A stretch of 64,000 nt of DNA from Candidatus Poribacteria bacterium (GTDB taxonomy: Bacteria > Poribacteria > WGA-4E > WGA-3G). The position numbers and the translations under genes were made by a program. The number at the start of each line of letters is the position of its first letter. Within the stretch, counting starts at the first letter, position 1. The DNA lies in contig JAJDZB010000023.1 in NCBI GenBank assembly GCA_022824835.1, forward strand, positions 14,461-78,460. The letters are read 5' to 3'. Below, piece after piece: positions 55,436 to 64,000 of this stretch. The notes beneath the pieces were generated by a model, which saw nothing but the letters and a program-made list of their open reading frames with translations, did not search any database and was not told where the DNA came from.

Positions 55436-56539
55436 ATGAAAATAACAAAATTAGAAACCTTCCTTGTGCAACCGCGCTGGCTCTTTCTAAAAATTCATAC
55501 CGATGAAGGTTTAGTCGGACTCGGCGAACCGATTTTAGAGGGGAGAGCAAAAACATGCGCACAAGCAGTTGACGAACTCGCGCCATATCTCATCGGTCAA
55601 GACCCAACACGCGTCGTCCATCATTGGCAAGCCATGTATCGGCATGCATTTTACCGAGGCGGACCTATCCTCACAAGTGCATTAAGTGGCGTTGAACAAG
55701 CTCTCTGGGATTTAGCAGGTAAATCACTCGGCGTTCCTATATATAAACTTTTCGGTGGTCCCACACGTGACCGTATCCGACTATACAAAGGTGGCGGCGA
55801 TCCAGATGGCATCAAAGAATGGATAGATAAAGGATTCACCGCCTTCAAAACGGGAGTTGCTGGAGGAAGACCCGCACGAATTATTGAAAATAAAGCATTC
55901 ATTGATAAAGCCGTCAATCATTTTGCCGCACTACGTGAGGCAGCCGGTACTGAGGTAGACTTGGCTATCGATTTCCACGGGGCGGTAAGTCCACAGACCG
56001 CAAAAGTATTGATTAAAGCGTTAGAACCCTATCAACCGATGTTTGTTGAGGAACCGATACAGTGTCAAAACGTGGACACACTCGCAGAAATTGCACGCAG
56101 CACACATCTACCCATCGCAACAGGAGAACGAATCTTCACAAAATGGGGATTCCGTGAAATCTTGGAGAAACAAGCCGCATCAATCCTGCAACCAGACCTG
56201 TGTCATGCGGGAGGTATAAACGAAGTACGAATCATCGCTGGTATGGCAGAAGCATACTATGGCGGTATCGCACCACACAATCCGCTTGGACCTATCTCTT
56301 TAGCAGCCTGCATCCAGTTAGATGCATCTATCCCAAATTTCGTCATGCAAGAACACACAACACTCGGTGAAGGTTATCTCAAGAATCCATTCGTTTTCAA
56401 AGACGGTTTTGTTGAACTACCAACAGAACCCGGATTAGGCATCGAGTTAGACGAAGATGCTCTTGAAGATAAAATTGACCACGATTGGAGAAACCCAGAA
56501 TCCTACCATCCTGATGATGGTTCTGTCGTGGATTGGTAA
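55436..56539 (+). CDS. Enolase-superfamily sugar-acid dehydratase (D-galactonate dehydratase family, MR/MLE)
   Basis: The N-terminus, MKITKLETFLVQPRWLFLKIHTDEGLVGLGEP, is typical of DgoD-family members. Metal-binding region DFHG...EEP. Confidence 0.7.
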   Translation: MKITKLETFLVQPRWLFLKIHTDEGLVGLGEPILEGRAKTCAQAVDELAPYLIGQDPTRVVHHWQAMYRHAFYRGGPILTSALSGVEQALWDLAGKSLGVPIYKLFGGPTRDRIRLYKGGGDPDGIKEWIDKGFTAFKTGVAGGRPARIIENKAFIDKAVNHFAALREAAGTEVDLAIDFHGAVSPQTAKVLIKALEPYQPMFVEEPIQCQNVDTLAEIARSTHLPIATGERIFTKWGFREILEKQAASILQPDLCHAGGINEVRIIAGMAEAYYGGIAPHNPLGPISLAACIQLDASIPNFVMQEHTTLGEGYLKNPFVFKDGFVELPTEPGLGIELDEDALEDKIDHDWRNPESYHPDDGSVVDW

Positions 56540-56611
56540 GGGATAGTAGTTAACAGTCAGCAGCCAGTTGAAAACTGAAACGAATAACTAACAACTGAAA
56601 GAATATCTATT

Positions 56612-57412
56612 ATGAAATTTATAATGTTCACAAAACATCTACAAGGGTTAGAATTACCAGAAATAATCACTGCATTACAGACAGTTGACGTTGAAGGTGC
56701 TGACCTTTGTGTGCGTCCCGGATATCCTGTAAACCCTGAAAACGCAGAAAAAGAACTACCCGCAGCATCAAAAATGTTTGCAGAAGCGGGTTTGTCTATT
56801 CCGCTTGTCACTACCCCAGGTGATTTTTTAAACCCATCAAAAGACGAAACAGAACGAGTCTATGCTGCTGCTGGCGAAGCAGGAGTCGAAAACATCAAAC
56901 TCGGTTATTGGCATTGGCACGCAGATAATGGCGGTTACTGGTCACAGGTTGATTACATCAGAAGTCAACTCGACGGTTTTGCGAAACTCTCTGAAAAACA
57001 TGGACCCCGAACCTGCATCCACAACCATTCAGGTACATCTATGGGGTTAAACTCGTGTGCAGTGATGAATCTGGTGAAAGGGTTTGACTCACAACATATC
57101 GGTGTATTTGCTGATACTGGACACCTGTCAATTGTCGGTGAACCGATTAACATGGCTCTTGATATTGTACGATCCCATCTTGCTGTCATCGCCTTCAAAG
57201 ACCTTGCACGCTCTCCTGGGATGCGTGGTGGAAAAGTCGTCCGGATGGGGAAAGGATTTGTTGATTGGGAAACAGCTCTTAACACGCTAAAGTCAATGGA
57301 CTATTCAGGTCCTATCAGTTTTCATAGCGAATACAGTGGGGAACCTGTTGATAGTGTGATTGATCTTGCCCGCGTAGATGTGAGATTTATACGGAGTTTG
57401 ATAGAAAAATAA
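56612..57412 (+). CDS. Sugar-phosphate isomerase/epimerase (xylose-isomerase-like TIM barrel)
   Basis: 266 aa with the family-typical pattern. Confidence 0.6.
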   Translation: MKFIMFTKHLQGLELPEIITALQTVDVEGADLCVRPGYPVNPENAEKELPAASKMFAEAGLSIPLVTTPGDFLNPSKDETERVYAAAGEAGVENIKLGYWHWHADNGGYWSQVDYIRSQLDGFAKLSEKHGPRTCIHNHSGTSMGLNSCAVMNLVKGFDSQHIGVFADTGHLSIVGEPINMALDIVRSHLAVIAFKDLARSPGMRGGKVVRMGKGFVDWETALNTLKSMDYSGPISFHSEYSGEPVDSVIDLARVDVRFIRSLIEK

Positions 57413-57421
57413 GGAGACAGA

Positions 57422-58240
57422 ATGGCACAATTTCAGTTAGGATTAAATACAAGTACAATCCGTCCGGTTGATCTGATGGATAAAATTCGGATTGCTGGAG
57501 AAACAGGATATTCAGCCATAGAGTTGTGGAATAACGATCTGACAGATTACGAAGAACAAGGGGGATCACTCACTGACGTAAAGAAGGCATTGGACGATCA
57601 TGGACTATCAGTTCCTACCGTTATTGCCTTGCATGGTTGGCTCAATGCAACGGGTGTTGAGCTGCAAAATGCATTGGAGGATGCCAAAAAACGGATGTCA
57701 CAAGCTTCCGCGGTCGGTGCAACCTATATCATCTCAAGTCCTCCGCGTGAAGTCGCTAACCTACAATTAGGTGGTGAGAACTATCGTAAACTCCTTGAAC
57801 TCGGTCGCGAATTCGGCGTCAAACCTGCAATGGAATTCCTCGGCTTCGTTGATGGTGTAAATCAGGTGAAACATGCTTGGGAGGTTATGGAAGTCGCTGA
57901 TCATCCTGACAGTACGATTGTCCTTGACCCATTCCATATCTATCGTGGTGGTGGAGAAATTGAGGATATGGAAGGCATACCTGGTGATAAGATTGCAGTC
58001 TTCCACTTTAACGATGCACCCGCCGAACCTGCACGTGAAGAACAAACCGATGCGGATAGAGTCTATCCAGGTGATGGTATCCTTGATCTTAAGAAAATGA
58101 TCTCTATTTTGCAAGACGCAAATTATAAAGGTGTAATCTCGTTAGAACTATTCAATCCCACTTATTGGGAGGAAGATCCCGTAGAAGTTGCACGTATTGG
58201 GTTAGAGAAGATGAAGGCTGTGATAAAAGACCTCTCATGA
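57422..58240 (+). CDS. Sugar-phosphate isomerase/epimerase (xylose-isomerase-like TIM barrel)
   Basis: 272 aa. AAGGAG Shine-Dalgarno site. Tandem with the previous gene. Confidence 0.6.
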   Translation: MAQFQLGLNTSTIRPVDLMDKIRIAGETGYSAIELWNNDLTDYEEQGGSLTDVKKALDDHGLSVPTVIALHGWLNATGVELQNALEDAKKRMSQASAVGATYIISSPPREVANLQLGGENYRKLLELGREFGVKPAMEFLGFVDGVNQVKHAWEVMEVADHPDSTIVLDPFHIYRGGGEIEDMEGIPGDKIAVFHFNDAPAEPAREEQTDADRVYPGDGILDLKKMISILQDANYKGVISLELFNPTYWEEDPVEVARIGLEKMKAVIKDLS

Positions 58241-58411
58241 TTGCAGGTTTATTCATAATTATGATAAAATATATAAATGGTAGATATGATCTGTGCAGAT
58301 GAATTCAAAAAAGCCATAAATGACACCAACGAAAATCACGAATGAACATCCATATACTCTTAAACCATTTAGAATTAAAAATGGAACTATAATGAAAATA
58401 GGATAAGTCAA

Positions 58412-59560
58412 ATGAACTACATTAATGGATTATTATCATCTTTAACACAGGTAAAAGACGCAAAAACCCTACGCGCATCCTCCTGGGATACCACAGGACG
58501 CAATAACGATGCTTGGAATATCGCTCCCGGAGAAACACGTGTCCTCGCAGACATCAAAGGTCCGGGATGTATCAATCATATCTGGATGACACAGCCGAAC
58601 GGATATCGTAATGTACTAATTCAGATGTTTTGGGATGATGAAGAACATCCGAGTGTCTTATGTCCGTTAGGCGATTTTTTCGGACTCGGAAACGAAATCG
58701 TTAACTCCTACGATTCCATACCCTTCTCAGCTTCTACACACAGCAACAATCACTTCAATACTGGATGTGCACTCAACTGCTATCTACAGATGCCGTTTAA
58801 CCGATCAGCACGAATTGAACTCCTCAACGAGGGAGATTCACCACACATGCAATACTTCTATGTAGATTACGAACTCTATCCAACAAAACATGATGAGAAT
58901 ATCGCTTATCTACATGCACAATTCCATCGTGAGAATCCTTGTGATGGATGGGGACACGAAATCACAGTCAACACACCGGAAGCAAATATCGTTAATGCTG
59001 AACGGCTTGCATGGGAAAACAACTATCTAATTTTAGATGCAGAAGGGAAAGGACATTACATCGGATGCAACCTATCTGTCACTAATTTTCAAGGAACATG
59101 GTGGGGTGAAGGTGATGATATGATATGGATTGACGGATATAAATGGCCACCAGACTTACACGGAACAGGTTCAGAAGACTACCTCAATCAGGCATGGGGA
59201 ATGCAACGTAATGCATTCGCACATAACGGTTCATCTATTCATGAAAGCAATACTAACGGGTATCAGACATCCTATGTGTATCATCTTGAAAATCCAATAC
59301 GCTTTGAAAAGGAAATTCGGGTTACAATTGAACACGGACACGGAAACCATCTCAGCAACGAGACATCATCGGTGGCATACTGGTATCAGTTAGAACCCCA
59401 TAGACCGTTCGGTATACTACCCGTTGAACAACGTAAACCTGTCCTGAAGGATGAAGATGGCAATTGGATTGTTGACAAAGCAAACCAAACACCATCCCCA
59501 GACCTTGTTCTAAATGATGAAATGAAAGAAAATAAAAAACAGTGGCAGGAAACTCATTAG
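58412..59560 (+). CDS. DUF2961 / glycoside hydrolase family 172-like protein
   Basis: N-terminal SSWDTTGRNNDAWNIAPGETRVLADIKGPGCINHIWMT matches my recollection of the DUF2961 signature. Confidence 0.5.
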   Translation: MNYINGLLSSLTQVKDAKTLRASSWDTTGRNNDAWNIAPGETRVLADIKGPGCINHIWMTQPNGYRNVLIQMFWDDEEHPSVLCPLGDFFGLGNEIVNSYDSIPFSASTHSNNHFNTGCALNCYLQMPFNRSARIELLNEGDSPHMQYFYVDYELYPTKHDENIAYLHAQFHRENPCDGWGHEITVNTPEANIVNAERLAWENNYLILDAEGKGHYIGCNLSVTNFQGTWWGEGDDMIWIDGYKWPPDLHGTGSEDYLNQAWGMQRNAFAHNGSSIHESNTNGYQTSYVYHLENPIRFEKEIRVTIEHGHGNHLSNETSSVAYWYQLEPHRPFGILPVEQRKPVLKDEDGNWIVDKANQTPSPDLVLNDEMKENKKQWQETH

Positions 59561-59601
59561 ATGTCGCTGTGTGACATTAATTTGACCAAAGGAGATTTAA
59601 G

Positions 59602-62600
59602 ATGCAGACTTTTTTCCAACATTCTCATACCGATAAAATGGAAGAAGATACACACAACGGTGAGGAGGTAGATGATCAGGACCAACCAGAGTCTGAACAC
59701 TCACATGAAACAACAGAACCAACTACTACAGAACCTGACGAAGAGAATATAGATGCGGATACATCTGATGACACGCAAGAAACAAATGAAACTGAAACAG
59801 CTCCTGAAGAAACAACCCCAGCTGTTCCAGAAGATGAACCACCAAAACAAGATAATGAAACAGACGAGGTAGACAAAACATCGGAATCTGAGGAAGAAAC
59901 AGAAGAAATTCCTCAGGCTAAGGACGAAAATACTAATGAAGTTGACCAAACAACCGATGCTGAACAGACAGATGCTACACAGAACACGACAGAAGAACCA
60001 ACAATAGCAGAAGTTTATGAAGTGTCAGATGTTGAAGAAGCAACCGTAATAGAAGATACAGCCGAAACGCTCGAAACATCAGACGAAGTTGAAGATAAAA
60101 CAGACGAAGTTGAAGATATAACAGAACCGCCTGAACCACAAATCCAGTTTTCTCTCGGTGAAAGTGAAGAATTGTATGATTTTGTGGCTACGTTCAAGGA
60201 AAGTGAATGCACCGGATCAGAAAATATTTCGGTCAACATGGCAGATTCATCTGGGGGTATCACAAAACCTGCTATTCTTGAACATCCACCATCAAACGGT
60301 GTGTCGCGTATCATCTATGAATTAGATTTGCCGCCGACTGAAGAAAATGCGAATCTCCACCTCTATTTCAATATTGGTCTTAGAGATGGTGTCGTATTTG
60401 ATGATCCGAATAGACACCCTGACGGCGTCAAGTTCTCTATTGAGATCGCAGGTGAAAAGTGTTTTGAGTCCATATCCACAGAATGTCAGTGGACACCCTA
60501 TAACGTAGATATTACCCGTTTTGCTGGACAGAAGGTTCAGATCGTCCTTATGACTGAATGCAATGTTGAGGGTAATAGCAACTACGCCTGGGGATTGTGG
60601 GGACACCCAAAACTTATCAAGCTCACTAAACCTGACAGACAACAGGAACACCCTTCAGTAATCCAATGTGGAATTGCATTTGCGACTTTGCCTGAAGATC
60701 GTACAGCTCTGATCGAATTCAATGTTGATAAGTTGACACCAACACACGAAATAATGGCTATCATCCAACAAGAATTAGAAGTAGAGCCTACCGAAATAAC
60801 ACTCTATGTAGCACAACCGAAATTAGAGATCGTCAGTGTAGGATCGACAGCAGCAGTCGTCAGTACGGGAGAAGCGTTTGAAGTCCAATGCACAATCAGA
60901 AACATCGGGGTAGGCCCCCTCTTAGCGAACAATAAGACTCGACTAAGTATCAGCGATATTAAGTTACGTAGGGGTAGATCATCACAAAACGTTAAATCTA
61001 TCGCTCCAGGTGAGACAACTACCCTTATCTGGTACGCACGTGGTGTTTCACGACCAACTACGCTCAATTTTAACGTCTCACTCAAATCTCGTCATGTCCA
61101 AGGTAAAGGGAAAAAAGAGGGAACCATTGAAATTCGACCAGCAGTTCCAAAACTTGAAGCACAAGTAGAGACCGAATTACATACTTATATGCATAGAGAA
61201 CATGCTGTCATCGGGAATAAGTATCTCAGAGTCGTTCTTGTCCATAGTGGTGACATATTCCAATCCATCAATAGAAGACCAAAAAAGAACCTACCAGAAA
61301 AACATGAAACGGGATACGAGTTTTATGCTATTTATGTGGCAAAAGGAAGTACATATCAACAGGTCGCAACATCTAAAATGATCGCAATGGCGACATACCT
61401 ATCAGATGGAACAAGGCATAACCTACAATTTGTTCCCGATAACATTCAACTGTCTGGGAACAGTCTGGGAGAAGCCATCATCCGTTTATCTGGTGAGCAC
61501 CAAGACATAGATGGCGTAACCTGGAAATTGCAGCTACAATTTGTTCTTACGGAGGAAGCAAAACGAATCAAAGCGACATATAATTTGCAGGTTGATGCTG
61601 AACGCGAGCTTCTTGCATTCCATGGCACAGAAATATATGCTGGACACAAGAGTACTCGCGAAAAGAAAACAGCAGCTCTATTCCCCGGACTGGAGTTCCT
61701 TCAGGAAGACGAACCTTCATCAAATACACGGGATGCAGCACCTCCTATAAACAATAGGTTAGTTCCTCATCCCTATAAAATCACTATTCCTGTGATGGCG
61801 GTTGAAATGCAGAAGTCTGTAGTTGGTATCGCTTGGGATCCTATGGAAAGTTGGGACGGAAATGAACAGAATCTGTCCGCTATTTTTGCTTCCCCCAACT
61901 GGCACGATCATCAGAGAAACCATCTGATGGGTCTATTTCTGCCCACCGTACCAAATTGGGTTAATGAGAATGAACAGTTCGCTGAAAACACATATCAGAT
62001 GACACCAGAACGTCCAATCTCACTTACATGTGAAATTATAGCGGATGGGAATGCTTCAATTCTCGATGTAATACCACATTGGATTACTGCCTACGGAATC
62101 CCTAAACCGGTTGAACCTCCACGGGATGATGTAGAGGAGATTGAACTCTCACGACACGGTTTTATGCACACTGTCTGGGATGCAGAAAAAAGGCAATCCA
62201 GACACTGTGTAGATTGGGATTCACGAAACGAACCGAGTTTCGCAACTTTACTCTGGTACGATTACCTTGTGACACAGGCTGAAGATGTAAAACAACGTGT
62301 GGCTGAGATAGCTGACAAAACAATTGCAGATAGTGGTGCCGTTGGTTTAGCTGGACGCGGTTCATGTCATATCCTCGGTGGTGAGTTTCCGTTCTATTAT
62401 GGACATTTAGATGCGGCGTTAACACGGTATGAAGCCGAAGTTCAACCACTACTTGAATCGCAAGCGAAGGACGGTAGTTGGAGTTTTCAACCCGCTTCCG
62501 AGAGAACGAAAAGTCTCGGTAAAACCGGTGATGCTGTTCTCGGAACATGTGCAGCGAACGCACTTAAACTGCTCAAACATGCACGCATCACACGACACAA

Positions 62601-63492
62601 CACCTCTCTTGATGCTGGTAGAAAAGCACTCTCTTTTATGGACCGATTTTTTGTTCCCCGCGGCGCACAAGCCTGGGAATGTCCCTTGTATCAACCGGAT
62701 CTCCTCGCAGCTGCACATGCAGTTGGTGCTTATGTGGAAGCACATCAGATAACTGGTAATAAGTCGTATCTCAGACGCGCAGAATACTGGGCAAACGCGG
62801 GACTCCCATTCCTCTATCATTGGCATCTACCAGATCGTCCGGGAATGCTCTACGCTTCAATACCTGTTTTTGGAACAACCTTTTATACACACCCCTGGTT
62901 CGGTGTCCCAGTTCAATGGAACGGGTTAGTCTATGCATACTATCTACAACGGCTCAATCAATACGCAAAAGACGATAAATGGCAGAAAATCGCTGAAGGA
63001 ATTACCACCAGTGCAATGTATCAGCAGTGGACAGATGGTGAGCTAAAAGGAACATATCCCGACGGATTCTACGGGTTCTGTACTGAAGGGAAAGGCCCAC
63101 ATCTTAATCCAGAAGATATTATGGCTAATGTCTACTCGCTACGGGGTCTCGATCCGGGTGTTAAGACCGTAATTGCAGGTTCTATTCATCTCAGTTCTGG
63201 GGCAATACCTGATGCCGTCTCAACTTCTCGGAACGGAACAGTCAATTGGTCTCTAAACTATGCTGAAAATGAGACAAGCCACACGTTGATTGTAGGTTAT
63301 GATAAACCCCCATCTGCTATCACCGCACGCGGAACCAAGAGTGATGAAACTGACAATTCAGAATTTGAAATACCACAAGTTGACGTTTTAGAAGAGGTCA
63401 CATCGGGATGGCAATATATCACAGAAAAAGACGCAATCCTGATTAAACAGATTCATACCACAACTGATATGCAGTTTCAACTAAAAAAATAG
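59602..63492 (+). CDS. Large multidomain protein with an acidic disordered N-terminus, beta-rich middle domains and a C-terminal (alpha/alpha)6-toroid-like region, possibly a glycoside hydrolase or lyase
   Basis: 1296 aa. The first ~180 residues are D/E/T-rich low complexity with no signal peptide. AAAGGAG Shine-Dalgarno site. The C-terminal helical repeats are rich in W, Y and G (WANAGLPFLYHWH...). Confidence 0.4.
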   Translation: MQTFFQHSHTDKMEEDTHNGEEVDDQDQPESEHSHETTEPTTTEPDEENIDADTSDDTQETNETETAPEETTPAVPEDEPPKQDNETDEVDKTSESEEETEEIPQAKDENTNEVDQTTDAEQTDATQNTTEEPTIAEVYEVSDVEEATVIEDTAETLETSDEVEDKTDEVEDITEPPEPQIQFSLGESEELYDFVATFKESECTGSENISVNMADSSGGITKPAILEHPPSNGVSRIIYELDLPPTEENANLHLYFNIGLRDGVVFDDPNRHPDGVKFSIEIAGEKCFESISTECQWTPYNVDITRFAGQKVQIVLMTECNVEGNSNYAWGLWGHPKLIKLTKPDRQQEHPSVIQCGIAFATLPEDRTALIEFNVDKLTPTHEIMAIIQQELEVEPTEITLYVAQPKLEIVSVGSTAAVVSTGEAFEVQCTIRNIGVGPLLANNKTRLSISDIKLRRGRSSQNVKSIAPGETTTLIWYARGVSRPTTLNFNVSLKSRHVQGKGKKEGTIEIRPAVPKLEAQVETELHTYMHREHAVIGNKYLRVVLVHSGDIFQSINRRPKKNLPEKHETGYEFYAIYVAKGSTYQQVATSKMIAMATYLSDGTRHNLQFVPDNIQLSGNSLGEAIIRLSGEHQDIDGVTWKLQLQFVLTEEAKRIKATYNLQVDAERELLAFHGTEIYAGHKSTREKKTAALFPGLEFLQEDEPSSNTRDAAPPINNRLVPHPYKITIPVMAVEMQKSVVGIAWDPMESWDGNEQNLSAIFASPNWHDHQRNHLMGLFLPTVPNWVNENEQFAENTYQMTPERPISLTCEIIADGNASILDVIPHWITAYGIPKPVEPPRDDVEEIELSRHGFMHTVWDAEKRQSRHCVDWDSRNEPSFATLLWYDYLVTQAEDVKQRVAEIADKTIADSGAVGLAGRGSCHILGGEFPFYYGHLDAALTRYEAEVQPLLESQAKDGSWSFQPASERTKSLGKTGDAVLGTCAANALKLLKHARITRHNTSLDAGRKALSFMDRFFVPRGAQAWECPLYQPDLLAAAHAVGAYVEAHQITGNKSYLRRAEYWANAGLPFLYHWHLPDRPGMLYASIPVFGTTFYTHPWFGVPVQWNGLVYAYYLQRLNQYAKDDKWQKIAEGITTSAMYQQWTDGELKGTYPDGFYGFCTEGKGPHLNPEDIMANVYSLRGLDPGVKTVIAGSIHLSSGAIPDAVSTSRNGTVNWSLNYAENETSHTLIVGYDKPPSAITARGTKSDETDNSEFEIPQVDVLEEVTSGWQYITEKDAILIKQIHTTTDMQFQLKK

Positions 63493-63615
63493 TGTTGATT
63501 TATTTCACGATTTTTCGTAAAGTGTTAAAACCACTATAAAAGAGTATAGACTTTGTTCCATTCTTATACATCAATAAACTCTCATTAAAGGGTCATCATA
63601 CCCTTAGGAGGAACC

Positions 63616-63957
63616 ATGAAAGCTAAAAGAATCGTATCACTCACATTCGCTTTAGTTATGATATCAGTCATAGCTTATGCTATATTTGCTACACAAGCAA
63701 TAGCACAAGATGCAGAAGCTGGTGCAGAAGATACTGCACTGTTCCCTTGGAAGGTTATTGCTACAGATATTATCTTAGTGGCAATCTTCAGCATAGTCGG
63801 GTTAATCATCCTCATGATCGGATATAAGGTATTTGATCTCGCAACACCTTATGATCTAAACAGGCAAATCGCAGAAGAAAACAACGTAGCCGCAGGTATT
63901 GCTGTCGCGGGTGTCATAGTTTCACTCGGAATAATCGTTCACGCTGCCATGGGTTAG
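63616..63957 (+). CDS. DUF350-family small membrane protein
   Basis: 113 aa with three transmembrane helices and the characteristic C-terminal ...EENNVAAGIAVAGVIVSLGIIVHAA. Confidence 0.55.
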   Translation: MKAKRIVSLTFALVMISVIAYAIFATQAIAQDAEAGAEDTALFPWKVIATDIILVAIFSIVGLIILMIGYKVFDLATPYDLNRQIAEENNVAAGIAVAGVIVSLGIIVHAAMG

Positions 63958-64000
63958 ACGTTTTCGTGCTATGTAGCGGATAGATATGCTGTCCGCTACT

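Overview
This 64 kb window appears to come from a repeat-rich, moderately low-GC bacterial chromosome, probably an uncultivated lineage. The evidence is many WD40, TPR and PQQ beta-propeller proteins, xylose-isomerase-like TIM barrels, a PorV/PorQ-like outer-membrane barrel and GldF/GldG-type ABC components. Coding density is high and most genes have recognisable Shine-Dalgarno sites.

The window holds ordinary metabolism (MsrA, MsrB, aldo/keto reductase, a Gfo/Idh/MocA oxidoreductase, four sugar-phosphate isomerase/epimerases, a galactonate-dehydratase-family enolase, a GH172/DUF2961 protein, an LpxL-type acyltransferase and a hydantoinase B) mixed with accessory content. The accessory items are:

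- A solo IsrB gene (the HNH-less IscB relative, with PLMP-like N-terminus, RuvC-I, RRXRR bridge helix, RuvC-II and RuvC-III). Upstream lies a ~220 nt structured leader that is a candidate omega-RNA.
- A small defence islet: a PD-(D/E)xK nuclease, DUF2283, a putative restriction endonuclease and a D12-class Dam-like methyltransferase.
- A tandem array of four paralogous genes with C-terminal C-type-lectin-like domains. The first is an ECF sigma factor fused through one transmembrane helix to the same extracytoplasmic module.
- A WD40x14 protein fused to a trypsin-like protease.
- An aspartate carbamoyltransferase (ATCase)-like enzyme fused to a PyrI-type zinc domain.
- Two genes broken by in-frame stop codons: an outer-membrane protein (two TGA) and a PhyH dioxygenase (one TAA).

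The intergenic regions carry several families of dispersed repeats. These are a ~200 bp MITE with 17 bp terminal inverted repeats (three copies plus fragments), three families of short GC-hairpin repeats often joined to a GTGACAAAA-N-TTTACA motif, a 24-29 nt 'GTAGCACATTC...GATTGTGC' repeat, and ATCCTG/CTTCCA microsatellite-like tracts. All protein assignments rest on motifs I recognise by eye and have not been checked against databases.
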